64,000 nt of DNA from Somniosus microcephalus (Eukaryota): positions 41,354,001 through 41,418,000 of the forward strand of contig CM126226.1 of the NCBI GenBank assembly GCA_052327205.1, in the 5' to 3' direction. The position numbers and the translations under genes were made by a program. Of the stretch, positions 1 through 11,569 are shown piece by piece; within the stretch, counting starts at the first letter, position 1; every line of letters begins with the position of its first letter. The notes below the pieces were generated by a model that had not been told where the DNA came from, did no database searches, and saw only the letters and a list, made by a program, of their open reading frames with translations.

Positions 1-84
1 GTCTCTCCTCCTAATTTAACCCTGAGAGTCCACATTCCCAAATGCAGAAAACCGCTGGAGCTAATAAACCGCCAACCCTGAGAA

Positions 85-220
85 ACAACAACTTCCAGAA
101 TGCAACGGCACCAGTTTCCTTTAGTCCCGCGATTCTATAGGTGAGTGTTGCTGTCAATCAGAGCAGGAAGTCTGCGCTTCCGGTGGGATGGCTGAGTTCA
201 GGCCCCGCCCCTTTATTGGC
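85..220. promoter_or_regulatory. WRAP73 proximal promoter (possibly bidirectional, toward TP73 outside the window)
   Basis: ACAACAACTTCCAGAATGC at 85-103 (17/19 match to the ZNF143/THAP11 ACTACAAYTCCCAGAATGC motif), ETS/GABP-like CTTCCGG ~177-183, GC box GGCCCCGCCC 201-210, ATTGG ~215, CpG-rich; upstream of ATG 762. Confidence 0.6.
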
Positions 221-379
221 GGTTGAAACCGTTTTCGGAGGCGCGCGGCCCGGATATAGAGTCAGCGAGCGGGGGCAGGCACCCGGGCCAGGCTAAACCA
301 AGCTGGGGGCAGAGTGAGGGGCCCGAACAGGCCAGACTAAACCAAGCTGGGGACAGAGTGAGGGGTCCGGTCAGGCCGG

Positions 380-760
380 GGGCTGAGTCAAGGGGTCTGG
401 TGTGGACAGGCCGGGGGGCAGAGCGAGGAGCCCGGACAGGCCGGGGGGCAGAGCGAGGAGCCCGGACAGGCCGGGGGGCAGAGTGAGGAGCCCGGACAGG
501 CTGGGAGGCAGAGTGAGGAGGACAGGCCGGGGGGCAGAGTGAGGGGTCTGGTGTGGACAGGCCGGGGGGCAGAGTGAGGGATCTGGTGTGGACAGGCCGG
601 GGGGCAGAGTGAGGAGGATAGGCCGGGGGGCAGAGTGAGGGGTCTGGTGTGGACAGGCCGGGGGGGCAGAGTGAGGAGGACAGGCCGGGGGGCAGAGTGA
701 GGGATCTGGTGTGGACAGGCCGGGGGGCAGAGTGAGGAGGACAGGCCGGGAGCAGAGTGA
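380..760 (+). repeat. G-rich minisatellite (~25-36 bp variant units, core GGACAGGCCGGGGGGCAGAGTGAGG) immediately 5' of the WRAP73 ATG
   Basis: About 12 tandem variant copies are visible; the last unit ends ...GCAGAGTGAG directly before ATG 762. Confidence 0.9.
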
Positions 761-761
761 G

Positions 762-830
762 ATGAATTTCTCGGAGCTGTTCAAACAGTCGAACCAGCTG
801 TGCAGGCTGTCCCCTGACGGGAGATACTCG
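762..830 (+). CDS. WRAP73: WRAP73 (WDR8) coding exon 1
   Basis: MNFSELFKQSNQLCRLSPDGRYS then gtaagt donor; resembles human [23 protein letters not shown]; 69 nt, phase 0. Confidence 0.95.
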
Positions 831-1189
831 GTAAGTGCTTTGATCGCCGCACGGTCAGGGATTGTCTGACTGGCGACTCCCGGCCATTCTGCTTCCCTTT
901 AAATAGCACGAATAAGCACACAGTCCTTCCTGTCACCTCATTCATTCAGAGTCCGGCTTATTCAGTTCTGTGGCTAGTAATCCAGTGTACTGCTGGATGT
1001 CTGACATCTACTGTGCACATCAACTGTAAAAAAACAGATTTTGTTTTGCCCTTCCAACCAACACTGCCAAAAGTCAGAGTCGTTAGTTATTCATTTCTTC
1101 CCTGTTTGTGGGACCTTGCTGTGGTGGCACGTTTGCTTACAGGACAGTGACTACTTTAAAAGTAATTCATTGGCTGTGAAGCGTGGGAC

Positions 1190-2590
1190 TGGAGGGTTGC
1201 TAACGCTAAACCATTGTTCAAGAAAGGGGAGAGAGATAAACCAGGAAACTGCAGGCCAGTCAGCCTAACATCAGTGGTGGGGAAATTATTGGAAACTATT
1301 ATGGGGACAAAATAAACTTTAATTTGGAAAGGTATGGTTAATCAAGGAGAGACAGCATAGATTTGTTAAAGGCAAATCGTGTCTGACTAACTTGATTGAA
1401 TTCTTTGAGGTTGATCAAGATAGTGCAGTAGATGTATATATGGATTTTGGAAGGTGTTTGACAAAGTGCCACGTAGGAGGCTTATTAAAATGGAAGCCCA
1501 TGTAATTAAGTGGAAAGTGGCGGTATGGATACAAAATTGACTCAGTGACAGGAAGCAAAGGGTGGTGGTGGATGGATGTTTTTCAGACTGCGAGGTGGCT
1601 TGCAGTGGTGTTCTCCAAGGGCCAGTTTTGGTCATTACTCTTTTCCGTTTTTATATGCGACCTAGGCTCGGGTGTAGGGAGCAACATTATAAAGTTTGCA
1701 GATGATATAAAACTTGGCAGAGTAGTAGATCATGATGAGGATAGTTACCGGCTTCAGGATGACAGACAGGATGGTGAAATGGGCAGAAGCAGGGCAGATC
1801 GAGTTCAATGCGGAGAAGTGATGCACTTTGGGAGGACTAATATGGGAAGACAGTATAAATGGCACAATTTTGAAAAGTGTAGATGAGCAGAGAGACCTTG
1901 GTGTCCATGTATACAAATCCTTCAAGGTGGGCGGGCAAGTTATTAAGGTGATTAAAATAGCATATCGGTTACTTGGGTTTATAAATAGAGGAGTAGAATA
2001 TAAAAGCAAAGAGATCATGCTAGAACTTTATAAATCACTGGTTATAACTTTATTAATCAGCTGGAGTATTGTGGACAATTCTGGGCACCACACTTCAGGA
2101 AAGATGTAAAGGCCTTAGACAGGGTACAGAGGAGGTTTACCAGGATGTTACCAGGGATGAGGGACTTCAGTTATGAGAAGAGGTTGGAAAAGTTAGGACT
2201 GGTCTCCTTGGAACGGAGAAGGTTAAGAGGTGACCTAATAGAGGATTTCAAGGTGAGAGGCTTTGATAGAGTAGACAGCAAAAACTTATTCCCTCTGGCG
2301 AGTGGGTCAATAACTAGAGGTTATAGATTCAAAATCATTGGCAAAAGAGCTAAAGGGGAGATGAGGAGAATTTTTTTTCATTGTGTTGTCGGGCTCTGGA
2401 ACGCTCTACCTAAAAAAGGTGGTGGACGATGATTCCATAAATAATTTTCAAAGGGAGTTGGACGGGTACTTGAGGATGAGGAACTTGCAGGGTTACGGAC
2501 AAAAACAGGGATGTGGGACTAAGCATGGCTGCTCTTTCAAAGAGCCACGACGGGCCAAATGGCCTCCTGTGTTGTAAGTTTCTATGATTC
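1190..2590 (+). mobile_element. Degenerate 5'-truncated CR1 LINE (RT region + 3' tail)
   Basis: Frameshifted RT motifs (KFADD; RDLGVHVYKSFKV; GFINRGVEYKSKEIMLELYKSLV; RRRLRGDLIE) and a CR1 3' tail ending ttctatgattc. Confidence 0.9.
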
Positions 2591-3756
2591 CGTGCCCCGA
2601 GGATTTAAATGATGCAATATAAATGCCATTTCTTTTATAATGTTGTATATCACTGGTACTGGCAGTAGCAGTGCCAGCAATTTGAGGTGATGGATTAAGA
2701 GCATCGCCTGAAGCACATTGAAGAGTATTGGTTTGAGCTGGGCTGTAGTGCCACCAATGCCCTTGATAAGCTGAGTAATAACACTGTTGCTCACTTTAGT
2801 TTAAAATGTTGATCTGTTTTGAAACCTCTTGATCCCAAACACTGTTACATTTGTTCAATTTGGTTTGTGTTGTGTCTCCTCTTAAAATCATTAAAACCTA
2901 ATGTTTGCTTAGCATTGATGGTCCTAATGCCATTGAAGGTAAGTGAGCCAGTGTGGGAGCTGGTATTGATTATCCAATATCTCTGAATATAGCAGCTGAA
3001 TAAAATATCTATATTCCCTGTTACAATTGTGTATCATATGGGAACTCTGTGCTGTGAGATACGGGTGTGAGTACTTATTTTTACATAGCAAGTCTTGTGT
3101 GATTCAGGAAACTCATTGGGTATTCTTTCATTCGATCCCTTTTTGTTGCTCTATTGCTGTTTTCCAAATTAAATTGATGAACCTAGTTTCATTGTTAGAA
3201 CCCCCACCAACTAATCTGGAGAGATTGCCTGGTTTAAAGCATGAGGATGTCTGAAAGAGTCACAGAGTGCCATCAGATTTCTGTATTTGCTGACTTAATA
3301 GCATGTTTTTTTTCTGTTGCTATATACCAATAAAATCTTTTTACAATGAGAGCATGATTTTCCTTTTGAGAAGCTGACAGACTTTTGACAATTAGGACAA
3401 GTGTCTGGAACTGTCAACATTTGCAGATGTCAGCTCCACAGACAAGTTTGAAACTTTAGTTACAGGATTTGCTGCATAATTTTAAATAACTTTTTTTTTT
3501 AAATAGTTATAGGATTGTACACTCATAAGTTAAAAAATATGGCGTTGCAGTCCTTTTTAACTTAGAAGGGAGGTTATCACCCCCAACCCCTTTAGGTAAT
3601 AGCCTTTAGTCTAGAGGCAACAAGACTGAATAACCAGTCCAGGTAAAGTGTAAAAAATTTTTGGGGGGCAAAAAATCTAACTATGAATTATTTAAAAAAA
3701 AATAAAAAAAATTTAGGTTTTGGCGAGTTAATAATGTATTTAATCTTTTTGTGCAG

Positions 3757-3909
3757 GCCGTTTGCGTTCAGTACCGACTGGTAATCCGTGATGTGCACAC
3801 CTTGCAGGTCCTGCACCTGTACACGTGTTTGGACCAGATTCAATATGTCGAATGGTCCGCAGACTCTCTCTTCATCTTGTGTGCCATGTACAAGCGTGGA
3901 CTCATACAG
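3757..3909 (+). CDS. WRAP73: WRAP73 coding exon 2
   Basis: gtgcag|[51 protein letters not shown]|gtaacg; 153 nt. Confidence 0.97.
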
Positions 3910-3934
3910 GTAACGTGTCTCTGTCTGTGTTAGG

Positions 3935-5460
3935 TTAGCCTAACATCTGTGGTAGGTAACATTTTGGAGTCCATTATTAAGGAGACAGTAACAGGACATT
4001 TGGATAATCATAATTTAATAGGACAAAGTCAGCATGGTTTTATGAAGGGGAAGTCATGTTTGACAAATTTGCTGGAGTTCTTTGAGGAAGTAACATATAG
4101 GGTGGATAAAGGGGAACCAGTGGACGTAGTGTATTTAGACTTCCAAAAGGCATTTGACAAGGTGCCACACAAAAGATTATTGCTTAAGATAAAAAATCAC
4201 GGGATTGGGGGTAATATTCTGGCATGGATAGAGGATTGGCTATCTAACAGAAGGCAGAGAGTTGGGATAAATGGTTCATTCTCAGACTGGCAATCAGTAA
4301 CTAGTGGTGTTCCGCAGGGGTCAGTGCTGGGTCCCCAACTCTTTACAATCTATATTAACGATTTGGAGGAGGGGACCGAGTGTAACATATCAAAGTTTGC
4401 AGATGATACAAAGATGGAACGGAAAGTAGTGAGTGAGGAGGACATAAAAAACCTGCAAGGGGACATAGACAGGCTAAGTAAGTGGGCAGAGATTTGGCAG
4501 ATGGAATACAATACTGGAAAGTGTGAGGCTATGCACTTTGGCAGGAAAAACCGTAGAGCAAGTTATTATCTTAATGGCAAGAAACTGGAAAGTACTGAAG
4601 TACAAAGGGATCTGGGGGTCCTGGTGCACGAAACTCAAAAGGTTAGTATGCAGGTGCAGCAAATGATTAAGAAAGCCAATGGAATGTTGGCTTTTATTGC
4701 TAGGGGGATAGAATATAAAAATAGGGAGGTATTGCTTCAGTTGTACAAGGTATTGGTGAGACCGCACCTGGAATACTGTGTACAGTTTTGGTGCCCATAC
4801 TTAAGAAAGGACATACTTGCTCTCGAGTCAGTACAAAGAAGGTTCACTCGGTTAATCCCGGGGATGAGGGGATGGACATATGAGGAGAGGTTGAGTAGAT
4901 TGGGACTCTACTCATTGGAGTTCAGAAGAATGAGAGGCGATCTTATTGAAACATATAAGATTGTGAAGGGGTTGGATCGGGTGGATGCGGGGAAGATGTT
5001 CCCGATGATGGGTGAAACTAGAACTAGGGGGCATAGTCTTAGAATAAGGGGCTGCTCTTTCAAAACTGAGATGAGGAGGAACTACTTCACTCAGAGGGTG
5101 GTAGGTCCATGGAATATGCTGCCCCAAAAAGCTGTAGAAGCTACATCATTACATAAATTTAAAACAGAAATAGACAGTTTCCTAGAAGTAAAGGGAATTA
5201 AGGGTTACGGGGAGCGGGCAGGAATTTGGACATGAGTCTAGGTTCGGGTCGGTCATGGCCCTGTGGGTAGCGGAGCGGGCCCAGGGGCCATGTAGCTTGA
5301 TCCTGCTCCTATTTCGTGTGTCTAATTCTGTTAGATTCAGGAGATAGTTCTGTGATAGTGGATTGGCGGTTAGGATCAGATCAGCCATGATCTTATTGAA
5401 TGGCGGAGCAGGCTCGAGGGGCCAATTGGCCTACTCCTGCTCCTATTTCTTATGTTCTTA
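3935..5460 (+). mobile_element. Young 5'-truncated CR1 LINE with an uninterrupted 428-codon RT/C-terminal ORF (3949-5235)
   Basis: QHGFMKGKSCLTNLLEFF, VYLDFQKAFDKVPH, GVPQGSVLGP and KFADD motifs; CR1 3' tail ...cctgctcctatttcttatgttctta. Confidence 0.97.
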
Positions 5461-6074
5461 AGAATGCCTTTCACGTTCATTCATTTTACTTCAACAGGAA
5501 AATTAGTATTGCATGCCATATAGTTTAGCAAGATGTCCACTCCAGTCGATGTCTGCATTTAACTAATGGGAGGCCTGCTGCTGAGCACTGAGAACATGAA
5601 TGTAGGAGTCAGAAAGGGCCATTCAACCCATTGTGGCCCGTGTGCGTGACCCAGTCTGAATATTTTCCATTTCTTTCCTACTCTGCGGTGTATTTAGTGA
5701 ACCAGTGGAATGCGACTATTTTAGGCATTACATAGTGGATTAGCTTAAGCCAACACGTAGATGTGAACAATACATTTTAAATACTTTAGAACATTTTTCT
5801 ACGTTTAAAAATGTATATAAATGCAAGTTTTTGTTGTGTACTCATTTTAGATAAGTTGTATTTCACCATTTTTGCACTGTAAAAAAGGAGTTAGTGAGGG
5901 CAAATGGTTAACTTACTGTAAATTAGTTAGGATTGTTGTCAGTCGAATACTTGCAGTAAGGACCCAAATCTGTTAGTTCTCGGCAGCGAGAGGAAGCACC
6001 ATCTGAAAGCAGTTTCGGGTCTAATAATTTGGGGGAAGGAGCACTTTATTAATTTCTGCCCATTGTTTTATGGT

Positions 6075-6515
6075 GTTAGCCTTGGTTCAGTGGTAGCACT
6101 CTCTCCTCCTGAATCAGAAGGTTGTGTTGTTCAAGTTCCACTCCAGAGACTTGAACCCATAATCTATGCTGACCCTGAGGGGGGTGTTGCACTGTTGGAG
6201 CTATCATCTTTTGGATGAGACATTAAACTCAGTAATAGCACTGTCAGAGGGATGTAAAAGATCCCATGGCACTATTCGAAGATTAGGGGAGTTCTCCATG
6301 GTTTCCTAGTCCATGTTTATTCCTCAACCAACATCATTAAAACAAATTATCTGGTCATTATCTCATTGTTGTTTGTTGGACCTTGCTGTGTGAAAATTGG
6401 CTGCCGCGTTTCCTGCATTACAACAGCGGCTACACTTCAAAATGTACATTATTGGCTGTGAAGCGCTTCGAGTCGTTCTGAGGTTGTGAAAGATGTTATA
6501 TAAATGCAAGTTCAT
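6075..6515 (+). mobile_element. tRNA-derived SINE (HE1/SacSINE1-like)
   Basis: tRNA-like head ggttcagtggtagcactct...gttcaagt, body taaaagatcccatggcactattcgaag, tail tataaatgcaag; many related copies in the window. Confidence 0.8.
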
Positions 6516-6749
6516 TTGTTCTTGTTTTATTGACCTAATAGTTAATCCAACTCACTTGAGTCAATCATTGCGCAAGGTGAGCATTACCTGATTGAAGCAA
6601 TCAGGATCTTCAGCCTTCTCTTAAAATGTGGCAAGCCATTGTGCATGCAGTCTTCTACATGGCTGCACACGCAGAGTGGAGCTTTGAAGGACACTTGAAC
6701 CCGATGTCTTGGGCGAGCATTGCTTTTCGTACATGCATTATAGCTACCC

Positions 6750-7280
6750 TACTGGATCTGGATAAAACTATTCGGAAATTCTCACCCTCCCTCCCTTATG
6801 TTTCGGAGTGTCTCTAACTCGCACTCCAGCTCAATGACTCTGAGCCGGAGTGACTGAAGGCAGAGACATTTCCTGCCGATGTGAGAATCCGGGATCTCGC
6901 TGTCCACAAACTCCCACATAACGCAGTCCCGACACATAGCCTGCCCTGCCATCTCTAGTATTTTTTATTTATTTGTTTATTGATGGCCTGAATTAAAACT
7001 AGGTAGATTGCTTTTGTTTTTGAAAAAATAACAAATTACTTATTTATTATTGAGATATGTCAGATTTTAATTTAATGAAAATTCAGAACCCTTTAATGTT
7101 TGTATCCTCTAATTAGTTAATTTAAATTTTATCCCCTTAGATCTGATTAATTAATAAATTGTACACTTGACTTGGTTATAAAATAAATTAATCACTTAGC
7201 TGTAGTTCCTCGGGCTCCACCACTTTTTCAAATGTAAATTTTTATTTTAGATTCTTCCTTGCATCACAGAGAAATCGCTC
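6750..7280 (-). mobile_element. CR1 5' fragment with ORF1 N-terminus
   Basis: Minus strand from ATG at 6952: MAGQAMCRDCVMWEFVDSEIPDSHIGRKCLCLQSLRLRVIELECELETLRNIREG, the Cys-rich plus leucine-zipper start typical of CR1 ORF1p; preceded by an AT-rich 5'UTR-like segment. Confidence 0.75.
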
Positions 7281-7289
7281 CTCTCAGCT

Positions 7290-8000
7290 GATTCTCCCAC
7301 TCTACATGTCTGAGGCTGAACCAGACTGTTTGCAACCTTGGTGTCATATTTGACCCCGAGATGAGCTTCTGACCACAATAAGACCGCCTATTTCCACCTC
7401 TAACATTGCCCGACTCCGCCCCCGCCTCAGCTCACCTGTTGCTGAAACCCTCATCCATGCCTTTGTTACCTCTAGACTTGACTATTCCAACGCACTCCTG
7501 GCTGGCCTCCCATCTTCCAGCCTCCGTAAACTTAAGGTCATCCAAAACTCTGCTGCCCATATCCTAACTCGCACCAAGTCCCGTTTACCCATCACCCCTG
7601 TGCTCACTGACCTACACTAGCTCCTGGTTAAGCAACGCATCGATTTTAAAATTCTCATCCTTGTTTTCAAATCCTTCGCCCTTCCTTATCTCTGTAACCT
7701 CCTCCAGTCCTACAACTCACTGAGATATCTTTGCTCCTCCAATTCTGGCCTCTAGCGTATCTCCAATTTCAAATCTCCAATTTCAATATTTGAATTGCTG
7801 CACCATTGGTGGCCGTGCCTTCAGCTGCCAAGACCCTAAACTCTGGAATTCCCTCCCGAAACCCCTCCGCCTCTCTACCTCTCTTTCCTCCTTAAAACCT
7901 TTTGGTCATCTGCCCGAATGTCAAATTTTGTTCGATAACATTCCTGTGAAGCGCCTTGGGATGTTTTACTACGTTACAGGTGCTATTTAAATACAAGTTG
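7290..8000 (+). mobile_element. L2-clade LINE 3' fragment
   Basis: Encodes AETLIHAFVTSRLDYSNALLAGLP, plus ITPVL and FKILILVFK motifs; tail gaagcgccttgggatgttttactacgtt...aaatacaagttg. Confidence 0.85.
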
Positions 8001-8476
8001 TAGCAATGAAAATTAGTAGGGAATATTTCATGCATGGATAAGTGCAAGAAGTAGTTTTACTTCTGATATAAGATTTTTTTTTTTTAAGTATGCATGGAGC
8101 CATGCACCTTGAGGGAGTTGACAACCTCGGGTGGGAAGAGTAGAAAACTAGAGTGGCAGCATGTTAGTACTCCAAATGTTAGAAAGTGATCGGACATAAG
8201 TTTGTGCCAGTGATGCTAAAGCTCTTAACTGTGTTATCGGGAGAGGTATTTTTTTTAAACCACAGAGTGGGGTGGGAAATGTCTCGGTGGGCCAGTTTTA
8301 TGCACCTCTTAGTACCGAAAATGGACCGAAACATACTTGCACCCCAGTGTCTCTGGAATTCACTGGCAAAATGTTTTAAGTTACAGTTAGATGGGGAAGG
8401 GACCACCTGCTTGTTAATTGCCCAGCTTCCACTTTGTGTCTCCCTGCTATCCATCCACATTGATGTCCACATATGA

Positions 8477-8810
8477 AATAGAAGCAGGAGTAGGCCATTC
8501 GGCCCCTCGAGCCTGCTCTGCCATTCAATAAGATCATGGCTGATCTTTGACCTCAACTCCACTTTCCTGCCCTATCCCCATATCCCTTAATTCGTCTGGA
8601 GTCCAAAAATCTATCGATCTCAGCCTTGAATATACTCGACGACTGAGCCTCCACAGCCCTCTGGAGCAGAGAATTCCAAAGATTCACAACCCTCTGAGTG
8701 AAGACATTTCTCCTCATCTCCGTCTTAAAAGGCTGGCCCCTTAACCTGAGACTATGCCTTATAGTTCGAGACTCTCCAGCCAGGGGAAACAATCTCTCCG
8801 CATCTTCTGC
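8477..8810 (-). mobile_element. CR1 LINE 3' end
   Basis: Minus ORF LFPLAGESRTIRHSLRLRGQPFKTEMRRNVFTQRVVNLWNSL plus CR1 tail. Confidence 0.9.
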
Positions 8811-10343
8811 CCACTGACTACAAATGAGCACAAAATCTAGTCCTGTAGTGTCATGTGGAAAATCAAGGTTGCATTCTCGGTAACATTTTATAGTGCATCA
8901 TCAATACACTTTGCCACTGCTTCACTTAAAATCCCAGCTGAAGAAGTTACGCATGCGCGGATAGTAGTTCGAAAATTTAGTAGTTACTGGATACTCGTAA
9001 TATAATCAACAGATTAACATGTATCATTTAATGTGTTAAATCGATCTGTTTACATTTTTATTGAGAGTGTGCAATCAGTTCGGCAATGTTCTCATATTAG
9101 CATCACTGCAGTTGAGCAGAATTTAAGATGTTTCAGAACAGAGATGTTATGAGAAGTTTTTAAATATAATGTGCATTGTATTAAAATTAAAATTTAGGGA
9201 AAAATTGCAGCTTCAAGCCAACCCAAAGAATAACCGTCCTGTTTTAATTTCCAGGAAAAATATAGCATGACCTTTCTAGGAGAGAGTAACTTATTTTTAC
9301 ACGGTGTATCATTTGTCTTTTTCTAAGTGTTAACTTGTACTTTTTTCTTCCCTTTACCACCGCCACCCCCCCCCCCCCCCCCACACCCATCCATCCCTTA
9401 AGGCGGTGACCTGTGCTGGGGTACAGTTCCACAGGTACTAGCAACCCTCTGCTGTCTCACTCAAGTGGCCATTCTTTGTGTGTGAGGCTTGACAGTAGTT
9501 GTTAGCAGACTATTCGGATAACTCAGTAAAGACAAGCAACCTAACCTGGGGCCTTTGCAGTCATTATGCCACAGCTCTACATCAGATAGTGAATTTATAC
9601 TCTAGGCAGCTCAATTGTTGTCATTTTCTTAATGGTTACTGCGATACCTAGTGCTGAATATTATAAAATAAAGTGAGAAATGCATACAACACAGGATTTT
9701 AAATTTTTTAATAAATTGCAGATATGTGATTTTGTCAGACTTGACTTTTGGAGCAGAGATGCTATCACCCGACAGTCCTCTGCGGGTTACTAGTGTTCTT
9801 TGGAACAGCTGCTGTAATGTGGGTTTTACACTTTAAATCGCTGATTTGCAACTTCTGCCCAAAATTGGTTACTGCATAATGGGGGAGAAAATTGACTGTT
9901 CACGCTGATCACTTTGTACTCCGCAGTTACCTTGTACGTGCAAAACGTGCATTTCAAGCCACATTTTAGGTATTAATTTAGTTTTTACAGTTTAGACAAT
10001 TATATCCACAAATGAATGAACCTTATTCATCATTGAGTGAAAACCCCTCTCACAAGTCTATTGCCTGTTGGCTAAAGTGAGCAAAACTTAGAATTATCAA
10101 CATTCTACTGCAAATCATGATGTGAAGAAAGGCATCATGAGTAAGGATGTCATTACCTTTGCAGAGGTACCCAGCGCCAGTCTTTCATGGTCCAGCTTGT
10201 TGTCTTCTAAAATTCTCTACGGTTTAAAATGTTGGTTGAGTAGCTCTTCTCTACCTCTCTCGCACTGACTGAGGGGAGCTGCCTGTTTTATGACCGATTG
10301 TTTGCGTAGTCTCGGAGATCATATTTAACTTTTCTAAAAACAG

Positions 10344-10460
10344 GTCTGGTCCTTGGAGCAACCTGATTGGCACTGCAAGATTGACGAGGGATCGGCTGGG
10401 TTAGTGGCCTCGCGCTGGAGTCCAGACGGACGTCACATTCTCAACACTACAGAGTTCCAT
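10344..10460 (+). CDS. WRAP73: WRAP73 coding exon 3
   Basis: aaacag|[39 protein letters not shown]|gtaagt; 117 nt. Confidence 0.97.
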
Positions 10461-10994
10461 GTAAGTGAGGTTAACGCCCCCACAGCACAGCATCAACTGT
10501 TGCTGTCTGTAGTCTTGTGCTGAAATAGGATTTAAGGCTTAGCAGTTGTTTGACTACCACTTGCTCTGCTTCTGTTACACAATATCATATGGGTACGAGG
10601 GAGTTAAAAGGCTGCTGTACAGTGATGGAATTCAGATACCACAATAAACTGATAAAGTAGCTTGAAACTGTCAGGTGTCCTGGATCCTAAAATATGTATG
10701 TGACTTTGTAAAGTAAGCTGCTTTCTCAATGGTGTGATAAGTTTTGGAAAAGCATATAAAGTGCAACATGGCAGGATGTGTTTAGTAATATGTACTTTTA
10801 AAATATTCTGTTTTATTATAATATCATTGAAATTTGGTCTGAAGTGCAAGACATGTGGTGTAATACCACAGTTTTTTTAAAGTTGTATCATCCAATTGTG
10901 GCTACCTGCTGTCGGGGAGCTTGAGTGTTACTTTCATTACCAAATCGAGTGCTGCTTTATATACAGTAAGGAATAATACAAAGTAGAAGTGTGT

Positions 10995-11490
10995 TTCCAA
11001 TGCTCTCCTGGCCAGCCTCCCATTCTCCAGTGTTCGTAAACCTCTGCTGCCCGTATCCTATCCAGGACCAAGTCCCACTCGCCCATGACCCCTGTCCTCG
11101 CTGACCTACATTGTCTCCTGGTTCCCCAGTGCCTCATTTAAAATTTTCATCCCTTCGTGCCTTTGCCGTTCCCTATCTTTAACTTCCTCCAGCCTATAAA
11201 CCCCCTTTCCCCCAAGCTCTCCATTCCTCTGTCTCAGTTCCTGTTGTGCACACTCCCTTTGCTCACCATTGGTGGCCGTGCTTTCACTTTGGAATTCCTT
11301 CCCGAAGCACATCCACCCCATCTCCTCTCTTTTTTAAGACTGCCCTTAAAACCCACTTCTTTGACCAAGTTTTTGACACCCACCTAATATTTCCTCTTTT
11401 GACTTGGCACCCATTTCCCCCTTGCGCCTCTGAAGTGCCTTAGGAGGTTTTGTCGATGTCAAACCTGCAGTATAAATGTGGAAGCTGTCG
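10995..11490 (+). mobile_element. Degenerate L2 LINE 3' fragment
   Basis: Similar to 7490-8000 (cccatgacccctgtcctcgctgacctacattg; caccattggtggccgtgc). Confidence 0.75.
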
Positions 11491-11569
11491 TAGTTCCGGG
11501 AAACTACATATTGAGAAATTAGAAATTTTAAACAAGCAAAGATAGGTTGGAGGTGCCGCCCTGACCCAA

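Noticed and set aside
371-784. 137-aa minus-strand ORF and 87-aa plus-strand ORF near the WRAP73 start
   Set aside because: They are translations of the minisatellite.
3949-5235. RT ORF as a domesticated gene or retron-like system
   Set aside because: It is a standard 5'-truncated CR1 ORF2 with a CR1 tail, no endonuclease, no ATG start and no partner genes.
6075-6150. tRNA gene (also ~53225 and ~57876)
   Set aside because: The A/B-box-like heads continue into SINE bodies and no complete cloverleaf forms.
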